The translations under genes and the position numbers were made by a program. Source: an uncultured delta proteobacterium (lineage in GTDB: Bacteria > Myxococcota_A > Polyangia > Polyangiales > Polyangiaceae). Taken from it: a stretch of 64,000 bases of DNA. The stretch spans positions 96,001 to 160,000 of the forward strand of contig CAVQUB010000015.1 of NCBI GenBank assembly GCA_963716725.1. Reading direction: 5' to 3'. Shown here piece by piece: positions 40,608-48,562 of the stretch (positions are counted from its first letter, which is position 1; every line of letters begins with the position of its first letter). The notes under the pieces were generated by a model that was not told where the DNA came from, ran no database searches, and worked only from the letters and a program-made list of their open reading frames with translations.

Positions 40608-41897
40608 GTGTGCGCGCTGGCGTGTCGGCGGCCGCGGGCGTCGTCGCGGCAGTCATCACGCGGTGCCCAGCTCGACGGCGCGCGCGCCCGCAAGGTGGTG
40701 GACATCATGCAACGGGCCGCTGCCCTCATGGCCGACCGTCCGGCAGATGGTCCGCGCGTGCTCAAGGCGATCGGCGAGGCCGGCGAGCTCGAGGAAGCGC
40801 GCGCGTGCCTGGCCGTGGCAGAGAAGGCCACGAAGCGCAAGGCGCCGGAGCCGGTGTCAGCTGCGCCGGTGGCGACGACGTTCCGCCAGGTGGCCGAGCG
40901 TTGGACGTCGGGCGCGTTGGCGCGAGAGTACCCGGACCATGTTCGAGCCAAGCGCACGGCAGACGACGACGATAGCCGGCTCGCTCGCCTGTACCCCGCG
41001 ATCCAAGACGTTCCGATCGCGGACTTCACGATCGATCACGCGGACGCGGCAATGCGCGCCATCCCCGCCGATCTGTCCAGCTCTTCCCGGCGCCACTACG
41101 CTCAGACGATCGCCCGGGTGCTCGGGCTCGCGGTGTTCCCGTTGCGACTGCTCAAGGTGAGCCCGTTGCCGCGCGGTTGGCTGCCGAAGGTGCGAAGCCA
41201 CAAGGCCACCGCGTGGTTGTACCCGGCCGAAGACGCTGCGCTGCTCAGCTGTACCGAGCTGCCGCTGGCTCACCGGGTGCTGTACGGTTTCCTGTCGCGC
41301 GAAGGGCTACGGCTGGGCGAGGCATCGGCGCTTCGCTGGGGTGACATCGACCTGGAACGCGGCGCCGTTCGGCTCGACGCCAACAAGACGGACGACCCGA
41401 GGGCTTGGGCGCTCGACGCTGGCGTCACTCGGGCGCTCGCCATCTACCGCAAGACAAGGGGCAAGCCCGACGCGGCCCAGCTGGTCTTTCACAACTTCGA
41501 CGAAGCGCACCTGGCGCTGCGGTTCCGTGCGCACCTGGCAGCCGCCGGAGTGGAGCGCGGCGAGTTGTTCGAGCGGACCGCCAAGCGCCGGCCCATCCGC
41601 ACCCATGACCTTCGGGCCACGTTCGTCACGCTGTCGCTGGCTGCGGGGAAGACCGAGGCATGGGTGGCCGACCGCACCGGGCACCGTTCGTCGGTCATGA
41701 TCAATCGCTACCGGCGGGCGGCCCGGACCGCCGCGGAGTTGGAACTGGGGGAGCTGACACCGCTGGACAGGGCCATCCCGGAGTTGTACGAGAGCGCCAT
41801 CGAGCCCACCGGAGGGCCCCAAGGTGGGCCACGGGGTGGGCCACGGACACCGGCCGACGGGCCGACGATTCACGAACCAGCACGAAACATGCACTAG
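40608..41897 (+). CDS. tyrosine recombinase/integrase
   Basis: Catalytic R (GLRLGE), K (NKT), HDLR, GH, Y (INRY); true start uncertain; stop TAG overlaps first base of tRNA. Confidence 0.93.
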   Translation: MCALACRRPRASSRQSSRGAQLDGARARKVVDIMQRAAALMADRPADGPRVLKAIGEAGELEEARACLAVAEKATKRKAPEPVSAAPVATTFRQVAERWTSGALAREYPDHVRAKRTADDDDSRLARLYPAIQDVPIADFTIDHADAAMRAIPADLSSSSRRHYAQTIARVLGLAVFPLRLLKVSPLPRGWLPKVRSHKATAWLYPAEDAALLSCTELPLAHRVLYGFLSREGLRLGEASALRWGDIDLERGAVRLDANKTDDPRAWALDAGVTRALAIYRKTRGKPDAAQLVFHNFDEAHLALRFRAHLAAAGVERGELFERTAKRRPIRTHDLRATFVTLSLAAGKTEAWVADRTGHRSSVMINRYRRAARTAAELELGELTPLDRAIPELYESAIEPTGGPQGGPRGGPRTPADGPTIHEPARNMH

Positions 41898-41935
41898 CCG
41901 AAGTGGCGGAACTGGCAGACGCGGCGGATTCAAAA
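41894..41935 (+). repeat. attR: 42-bp direct repeat forming the 5' half of the intact tRNA
   Basis: Identical to 38573-38614. Confidence 0.95.
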
Positions 41936-41980
41936 TCCGCTTCTCGAAAGGGAGTGTGGGTTCAAGTCCCTCCTTCGGCA
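41897..41980 (+). tRNA. tRNA-Leu (anticodon CAA)
   Basis: Acceptor GCCGAAG/CTTCGGC+A, anticodon arm GCGGA-TTCAAAA-TCCGC, long variable arm, GGTTCAAGTCC T arm; followed by CCG, not CCA. Confidence 0.96.
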
Positions 41981-42076
41981 CCGATCACCCGAGCGCCCCC
42001 CCGGGTGACGAGTTCAGGCCTCGTTCCCGGAGCGCTCAGCAGCTCTCCGAGAGAGCGGCCTCCAACTGATCGCTCT

Positions 42077-43861
42077 TCACTGCCACGTGATCCCACCATC
42101 TTCGCTGGCCAGGGTCTCGACACGGAGCTTCATGCGCTGGTCGCGCCGCCAGAACAAGAACAACTTGCGGTCGCTGGCGGCGACCCGCAGATCGGTGGGT
42201 TTGCCGTGTTCGTTGGGTGTCACGATCATCGCCGCGCGACCGGGGCCGCGGATGCCGGTGGTGTGAACCCAGATCTGGTCCCGGGCGAGATGCGCAACGA
42301 GTACCAGATCACCCTGGCAAGTCGCGACGCTTTGCTTGGCCTTGCGCTCGGTCGTTACGAAGAGCGGCGCGCCGACTCCGAGTTTCGTCAACCGGTTGCC
42401 AATCGGCAGCATGAGCGATAGCTCCTCGTCGCTGCGAGCCAGGAGCGACGGCGGACAGGTGCCGCAGACGCGGCTCAGATCGGGCATCGGCGCGTCGAAC
42501 TTGAGGCCGAAGAGCTTCGGACCGATGGTGACCAGGTACGACTTCTTGGTGTGACGCGCGACGAAGGGCAGCCAGCGTTCGTTGGCTACGCCGCAGGCGA
42601 TCTCCGGGGCCCGATCCATCGCGAGATCGCCTGGTGGGAGCGGAACTCGCTGGGGCTCCGGCCACCCTTCGGCATTTCGAGGCACGTCGTAGAGCGCGAG
42701 CCCCGCGGAGGCCGCGACCCGCTCGAATACGAGCACCCGGGGTCTGGGGCTGACGACGGCGGCCAGGAGCGTGCCGGCAGGCGTGGGCGTCACGTCGAGT
42801 TTCCCGTCGGGCATCAAGCGCACGAGCGCGCCGCCCGCTCGGCTTGCATCCTTTGGACCGATGGCCAGCGTCGGGACCTCGTGCTTGCCTTGATCCGAGA
42901 GCCAGACCGGAGTGCCGGCCTTCAGGGGCTCGAGCCCCTCGGGCAGTGCCGGGACTTCCACCGCCGCATCGATTCCAGGCGGGTCGCGCGTCACGCGCGC
43001 GACGAAGCTGCGCCCGACGGCGCCGTTGGCGTCCTGCGACGTGACCAGCAGCACGCTCGGTGCGCCGTCGCGCAGGCCCACCAAGGGCGCGTTCGTCGCG
43101 CCGCCGACCCGTCCCATACGTCCCGTGATGAGCTCGAAGCTCTTGCCTTCGTCCTTGGACGAAGCGAGGTGCACGCCGATGCTCTCGCTGTCCCGCTCGA
43201 CGGTGAAGCAGTCGAGTCGTAGGCTGCCATCGGGCTCCGCAGCCGCCTGGAACTTGGCGCTGAGCAGGAACTCCACGGGCTCGTCGAGGACCACTCGCGG
43301 CGTTGGCAGCGGCGGTGTCTCGAAGGCGCGCCCTGCGGAGGGGCATGCCCCGGGTGCCACGGCGCCTTCACCCAGGGCGAGCCGGCAAGCGGACTTGACC
43401 AACCCGTCGATGCGGGTGTCGAGCGCGTCGACTTCCCCGGACAACAGCGCATCCGCGCGCTCGCGAAAGAGCGCCTCGCTGAGCCCGGTCAGCAGGGAGT
43501 CGAGGCCGCGAATGCCGTCGCGGTCGCGAGGCAGGCGCAGGCCGACCAGCTCGCGAGCGTCGCGCTGCACCCGGCCGACGAGGGGAGCGCAGGCGGCGAG
43601 CGGCGTCGACTCCGCCGGCCGCTGCTCGATGGCGTCCCGCAAGGTTGCCGCGTCGGCGCGGACCGCGAAGGCGCACTCGGCGAGCTCGACGCTGGCCAGG
43701 TAGAGCGATTCCGAGAGGACCTTTGCGCGGCTCCGCGACGAGAACCAGGTCGCCGCGAAGGCGACGATGCCCAGCGTCAGAGCGCCCGCCAGCAGCAGAT
43801 CGACCGCCCGAAAACGACGGGCACGAGGCGCTTGTCGTTCGATCGCGGGGTCATCTGGCAC
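42077..43861 (-). CDS. membrane-anchored hypothetical protein
   Basis: 594-aa ORF, N-terminal TM, BNR-like S.D.G..(F/W) motifs. Confidence 0.65.
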   Translation of the reverse strand: MPDDPAIERQAPRARRFRAVDLLLAGALTLGIVAFAATWFSSRSRAKVLSESLYLASVELAECAFAVRADAATLRDAIEQRPAESTPLAACAPLVGRVQRDARELVGLRLPRDRDGIRGLDSLLTGLSEALFRERADALLSGEVDALDTRIDGLVKSACRLALGEGAVAPGACPSAGRAFETPPLPTPRVVLDEPVEFLLSAKFQAAAEPDGSLRLDCFTVERDSESIGVHLASSKDEGKSFELITGRMGRVGGATNAPLVGLRDGAPSVLLVTSQDANGAVGRSFVARVTRDPPGIDAAVEVPALPEGLEPLKAGTPVWLSDQGKHEVPTLAIGPKDASRAGGALVRLMPDGKLDVTPTPAGTLLAAVVSPRPRVLVFERVAASAGLALYDVPRNAEGWPEPQRVPLPPGDLAMDRAPEIACGVANERWLPFVARHTKKSYLVTIGPKLFGLKFDAPMPDLSRVCGTCPPSLLARSDEELSLMLPIGNRLTKLGVGAPLFVTTERKAKQSVATCQGDLVLVAHLARDQIWVHTTGIRGPGRAAMIVTPNEHGKPTDLRVAASDRKLFLFWRRDQRMKLRVETLASEDGGITWQ

Positions 43862-43886
43862 GCGCGCATGCTACCGTTTTTCTTCG

Positions 43887-44756
43887 ATGCGCGCTCTGCT
43901 CGGAAGCCTGGTGGTCGGGTTGACGTTCGTCGTTGCTGCGTGCAGCGGCGATGACGGCGGCGAGTCGTCGGGTGGCACTGGGGGAAGCGCAGGAGCCGCC
44001 GGCTCTGGCGCGGGCGGCAGCGGTGGCGCGGGCGGCGGCGGCGGCGCGGGCGGCAGCGGCGGCGTGAGCGGCAGCGGCGGCGCGGGCGGCAGCGGCGGCG
44101 CGAGCGGCAGCGGCGGCGCGAGCGGCAGCGGCGGCGTGAGCGGCAGCGGCGGCGTGAGCGGCAGCGGCGGCGTGAGCGGCAGCGGCGGCGTGAGCGGCAG
44201 CGGCGGCGCGGGAGGCAGCGGCGGCGCGGGAGGCAGCGGCGGCGCGGGAGGCAGCGGCGGCGCGGGAGGCAGCGGCGGTGCCTGCAACGATCCCGGGGTC
44301 GAGCCCAACGACAGTATCGTGCTCGCCGTACCGGCGTGCGGCGTTCCGGCATGCGAGATCGGCGACTGCAACGGAGACGGATCGAAGGGCTATGGCGGTC
44401 CGAAGCCGACCATCGTGGGGGTCGTGAGCAGCGCTGACAGCGACCACTTCAGGTTCGACGGCAAGGATGGACTCGGGTTTTGCCAAGTGGATCCCGCGGC
44501 CAAGACCAAGGACTCCGGCTTCCGGCTCTGTATCTTCGTGCAGTGCAAGCACGGAGCCACGAAGGTCAGCGCCTGTCCCGGTGGGCTGGCGGTGGAGACC
44601 AGCGGAGCGCCCGGTTGCTGCGTGAACACCCCGGGCGAAGCGAAGATCGACTACGACTGCAGTGGCAGCATCAACGACGACGACTCGGCGCGGATCGTGG
44701 TGCGCATGGACCAGGCGACGGCGTGCACGCCTTACGCCGTGGACTACCACTTTTGA
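43887..44756 (+). CDS. lipoprotein with Gly/Ser-rich linker and Cys-rich domain
   Basis: Lipobox VAAC; EPND motif; about 10 Cys. Confidence 0.75.
   Translation: MRALLGSLVVGLTFVVAACSGDDGGESSGGTGGSAGAAGSGAGGSGGAGGGGGAGGSGGVSGSGGAGGSGGASGSGGASGSGGVSGSGGVSGSGGVSGSGGVSGSGGAGGSGGAGGSGGAGGSGGAGGSGGACNDPGVEPNDSIVLAVPACGVPACEIGDCNGDGSKGYGGPKPTIVGVVSSADSDHFRFDGKDGLGFCQVDPAAKTKDSGFRLCIFVQCKHGATKVSACPGGLAVETSGAPGCCVNTPGEAKIDYDCSGSINDDDSARIVVRMDQATACTPYAVDYHF
44005..44280 (+). repeat. 18-bp coding tandem repeat (GSGG[A/V][G/S])n
   Basis: Repeated GGCAGCGGCGGCG(C/T)G(A/G)G(C/A) units. Confidence 0.9.
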
Positions 44757-44763
44757 CGCGAAA

Positions 44764-46277
44764 TCAGGGCTTGCCGGTGCCCGGCGGGTTGTTCTTGCAC
44801 CAATCGATGCCTGCCTGACTCGGCGCAGCGCTCGGCGCGCCCGTCGGCGGAGTCATGAAGGGCGGGTTGTCGAAGTCGAACATGTCCAGGAAGGGCCAGG
44901 CGTTCGCGTCCCGCGCAGTCATGGCGGGCAGGTCGAAGCGGTTCTGGATGAAGCGGGTGACGCTGGTGATGTCCGTCGTGAAGTGGCTCACGTAGCCCTT
45001 CTTGACCCAGGGCGCGGCGATGACGAAGGGCGTGCGGACGCCCAGGCGATCGAATTTGTAGGTCGGCGGGAGGATGCCGTCCGGTTCGCAGGCCTCGGGC
45101 GGAGGCACGTGGTCGTAGAAACCCCCGTGCTCGTCGTAGAGCAAGATGAACACGGTCTTCTGCCAGACCTTCGGCTTGCTCATCAGCTTGTTCAACACGC
45201 GGGCCGCGAACTGCTGTCCCTTCTGGATGTTGGCCGGGGGGTGCTCGTCGTTCTGGCTCGCGCCACTGAAGCTCGGGTCGATGATGGAAAGCGCCGGCAG
45301 TTTGTCGGCATCGACGTCATTGTCGAACTGAGCGATGTTCACACCGAGGTACTTGACCCCGAAGATCACCGCGAACGACGTGATGCCGTCCCGGTAGATC
45401 TTCCAGCTTCGTCCGGCCTTATCCATCGTGTCGAGGAGCTTGTCCGAGCTCTGATAGACGTTGTTGGTGAGGAAGCCGACGTCGGAGGTCTTGATGTTTC
45501 CCCACGACGTTCCGCCGTAAAAGTAGAGCCGGTTTGGCCAGGTCGGACCGAGCAATGAGCAGAAATGGCGGTCGCTCATCGAGAACGTCTTCGCTAGCCA
45601 GTAGTAGTAGGGCAAATCCGTCTGGTCGTAGTAACCCATGGCGCGGGCGCCGCCAGGGTTGTTGGTCGCGACGAAGCCGTCCATCTTGCCTTCGTCGTAC
45701 TGCCAGTGGACTTGGTCCCAGTCATGGGCGACGTCTTCTACGCAGTATCTAGACTCGTGGAAGCGTTGTACCTGCTTGGGGGGATTGGCGTCTGGGTCGA
45801 TGTTCGAAGCGTTGGCCGCGGGCACGTCCACGTCCTTCACGCCGTAGTTGGCGAGCTCCGAAAATAGTGGTCGAAGCTGCGGTTCTCTTGCATCAAGACC
45901 ACGACGTGCTCGAAGGGCATCGCGTCGCCGTGGGGCACCTTGGCGCCGATGGTCTCGGTGGTCTTGGAGCCCGACGTGAACTTGCAGGACTTGCGATTCG
46001 ATTCTTGGGTGTCGTAGCTGGGCGCTGCGCCCGACCCGCCGCTGCCGGCCGCGCCGCCGCTGCCCGAGCTGCCTCCGGCGGCGCCGCTGCCCGAGCCGCC
46101 GCCCGTGCTGCCTCCGGTGCCGCCGCCGCTCGGCGCTCCGCTGCTGCCCGCGGCTCCGCCGCTGCTCGCACCGCCGCCGCCCGGACTCTCGCCGTCGCCG
46201 TCGTCCCCACACGCAAAGGCGCCGAGCGACGCGAGCATCGCCAGCGAAACCCCGAGAACGATCGATCGGCTCACCAC
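44764..46277 (-). CDS. phospholipase C/phosphoesterase-family lipoprotein (frameshift in A run 45861-45864)
   Basis: EHVVVLMQENRSFDHYF, GPTWPNR, YDEHGGFYDHVPPP, LGVRTP; one extra T joins the frames. Confidence 0.88.
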
Positions 46278-46291
46278 TCGCCGAGCATAGC

Positions 46292-47320
46292 TCAGGTCCC
46301 CCCAGGGGTCGTCAGATACACCAGGAAGGTCCCGAGCCAGTGGGTTGTCGCGTAGTCATTGCTGCCGAGCCCGTCCAGGGCCGCGGCCCGGTGCGTGCTG
46401 GCGGCGCCCAGCAGCGCGGGGCGCCGAGCGTCGCCGGGCGCCAGCGCGTCGGCGATGCCCGCGAGCATCCAGGCGCGGCTCGCGTTCAACCCGTCCAGGT
46501 GGACGAGCTTGCCGTCGCTGCGATCCGGGCACGTCACCGGGCGGAGCCACGACGGGTCGCCGCCCTCTGGGATGTTCGGCAGGAACTGCTGGAGCCAGCT
46601 CGAGAACTGCGGCGGGGTCAGCACGCGTCGCATCACGTCGGCTTCGGCGAGGCAGGGGGACAAGAAGTCGTAGCCGGAGGGCTCGAGGTGCAAGGCTCCC
46701 CGGAGATCTGCGGCGTAGAGTTCTCGAACCCGCGCGGCCGCGGATGCGCGCACTTTGCCTTGGGCCCAGTCGAGGAAGAGCGACGCCCCGAACGCGGTCT
46801 GGGAGTGCTCGCCCGTGCGCACGGGATGGGGCAAACCTTCGAGGTAGCGCAGCATGCGTGCCGCGCCGAGCTCGACGATGGGGTCCAGCAGAGAGCACCA
46901 GCGCTCAGCGTCGGCTTCATCCCACTCGCTGAGTTCGCGGTGCAGCGTGAGCAGCCAGCCGATGCCGTAAGGGATCTCGAAGCCAACGCGGTCCGGGTGA
47001 TTTAGGTAGCGGAGCTCCCCGTCCAGCTTCTCCGGGCTGAGGCTGGAGCTCAGCGCTAAACGGGCGGGCCCGACGAAGGGTGCGTCGGGAAACCGGCGGC
47101 ACAGGCGCGCGAGCGTCCAATGGCCGTGCACGGCCGAGTGCCAGTCGTAGCAGCCGAAGAAGGCGGGAGTCAGCGCTCGTGGAGGAGCGACGTCGTCGTC
47201 GCCGGCGAGGGCGTGCGCGATCTTGTTCGGGTACTCTTGTTTCACCGCCGACAGGACGCGACCGGCGATGGCTGCGGCGGTGGTGGGAGCGAGGCGGTCC
47301 ACGGCGGGGTTTGATACCAC
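46292..47320 (-). CDS. DUF2891 family protein
   Basis: EYPNK, PAFFGCYDWHSAVHGHW, HLDGLNASRAW, HWLGTF. Confidence 0.88.
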   Translation of the reverse strand: MVSNPAVDRLAPTTAAAIAGRVLSAVKQEYPNKIAHALAGDDDVAPPRALTPAFFGCYDWHSAVHGHWTLARLCRRFPDAPFVGPARLALSSSLSPEKLDGELRYLNHPDRVGFEIPYGIGWLLTLHRELSEWDEADAERWCSLLDPIVELGAARMLRYLEGLPHPVRTGEHSQTAFGASLFLDWAQGKVRASAAARVRELYAADLRGALHLEPSGYDFLSPCLAEADVMRRVLTPPQFSSWLQQFLPNIPEGGDPSWLRPVTCPDRSDGKLVHLDGLNASRAWMLAGIADALAPGDARRPALLGAASTHRAAALDGLGSNDYATTHWLGTFLVYLTTPGGT

Positions 47321-47397
47321 GCGCCGCGCCGCAGGTGCGCGGATGTAGGCGTGAAGATTCGACTCAAGGAGAGGGGCGGCCCGTCGTTCCGTGGGAC

Positions 47398-47946
47398 GTG
47401 ACTACGCTGGTACCGCTTGGGCTTCACGAACGCATAGCCGCTCTCGAAGCCGCTCTAGCGGAGGCGCGGGTCGAGAAGCGACGCCAGAGCAACTGCCTGT
47501 CGATCGTCGCCTTTAGCGGCGACCTGGATCGGCTCTTGGCCGCCATGAACGTGGCGACTGGCAGCGCGGCCATGGGCATGGACGTCCACGTGTTCTTCGC
47601 GTTTTGGGCCGTCGGAGCGCTGCGATCCGAGCGGAGGGCGAGCCGGGGGCCGTTCGGGTTTCTGACCGCCAAAGGGCCTCGGAGCGCCGCGCTGTCGCGG
47701 TTTCACCTGGGCGGGCTCGGAGCGCTCGTCTTGGCCCGCCGGATGAAGAAGCTCGGGCAGCCGGCGCTCGATGAGTTGATCGAGATGGCCCGAGAGTCCG
47801 GCGTCCGCTTTTCGGTATGCGAAGCCAGCCTGGGAATGCTCGGGCTCGAGATGGGCGATCTCGAGGACTACCCCGGATTGTCCGCGTGCGGAGTGACCAG
47901 CTTCATGGAATCAGCCTCGCAAAGCCAAACCACGTTGTTCATTTGA
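47398..47946 (+). CDS. DsrE2-like (DsrE/DsrF/DrsH) sulfur-carrier protein
   Basis: LSIVAFSGDLDR..GMDVHVFFAFW..VCEASL..GVTSF..TLFI; start uncertain. Confidence 0.85.
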   Translation: MTTLVPLGLHERIAALEAALAEARVEKRRQSNCLSIVAFSGDLDRLLAAMNVATGSAAMGMDVHVFFAFWAVGALRSERRASRGPFGFLTAKGPRSAALSRFHLGGLGALVLARRMKKLGQPALDELIEMARESGVRFSVCEASLGMLGLEMGDLEDYPGLSACGVTSFMESASQSQTTLFI

Positions 47947-48183
47947 ATGGAGCCCGAGATGACCGAGCGCGTGCTGATGACTTTGGGAATGAAGTGCCCC
48001 AAGCCGCTCTTCGAGGTGCACAAGATGATGAAGGACATCCCCGGTGGCGACGTGCTGCGGATCATGAGCGACGACCCGGCGTTCCGACTGGACATCCAGG
48101 CGTGGTGCCGCCGCACCGGCAACGAGCTTGTCGAGCTCAATCAGGAATCCGATCGGCTCGTCGCCGTGATTCGAAAGGTCTGA
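47947..48183 (+). CDS. TusA-family sulfurtransferase
   Basis: GMKCPKP motif, DDP..DIQAWC..TGN. Confidence 0.9.
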   Translation: MEPEMTERVLMTLGMKCPKPLFEVHKMMKDIPGGDVLRIMSDDPAFRLDIQAWCRRTGNELVELNQESDRLVAVIRKV

Positions 48184-48186
48184 CGC

Positions 48187-48555
48187 ATGTCCGACAAGAT
48201 GCTGATCATTCTAGCCACCGGTCCAGAAGACCGCGGCAACCGAGCGACGCTCGCCTTCGCCATGGGCGTCTCCGCCATCATCTCCGGCGTCGACACCACG
48301 GTCTACCTGACCATGGGCGGCGCATTCTGGTCGCGGTCGAAGAGCGTCGGCAAGGTGCACATCGACGGCTTCGAACCGCTCTCCGACTACGTGGGCCAGT
48401 TCACCGAGGGCGGCGGCAAGTTGATGCTGTGTAGCCCCTGTAACGAGTTCTACTGCTCCATCGAGCCCGAGAAGAACCTGGTGCCCGGCACCGAGCTGTG
48501 TGGGCTGGCGCACGTGGTCGACCTCGCCATGGGAGCCTCCGTCGTCACCTTGTGA
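48187..48555 (+). CDS. DsrE-family protein
   Basis: TGPED..RATLAF..GGKLMLCSPC. Confidence 0.85.
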   Translation: MSDKMLIILATGPEDRGNRATLAFAMGVSAIISGVDTTVYLTMGGAFWSRSKSVGKVHIDGFEPLSDYVGQFTEGGGKLMLCSPCNEFYCSIEPEKNLVPGTELCGLAHVVDLAMGASVVTL

Positions 48556-48562
48556 GCATCCC

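Larger units (their letters stand above)
38573..41935. mobile_element. small integrative element (3,321 bp repeat to repeat) at tRNA-Leu(CAA)
   Basis: 42-bp perfect direct repeats, tyrosine integrase, TA pair, arm-site-like repeats inside both ends. Confidence 0.9.

Noticed and set aside
41660..42421. ORF reading through the tRNA (AEVAELADAADSK)
   Set aside because: It is a translation of the tRNA sequence plus antisense of the next gene, with no coding support.
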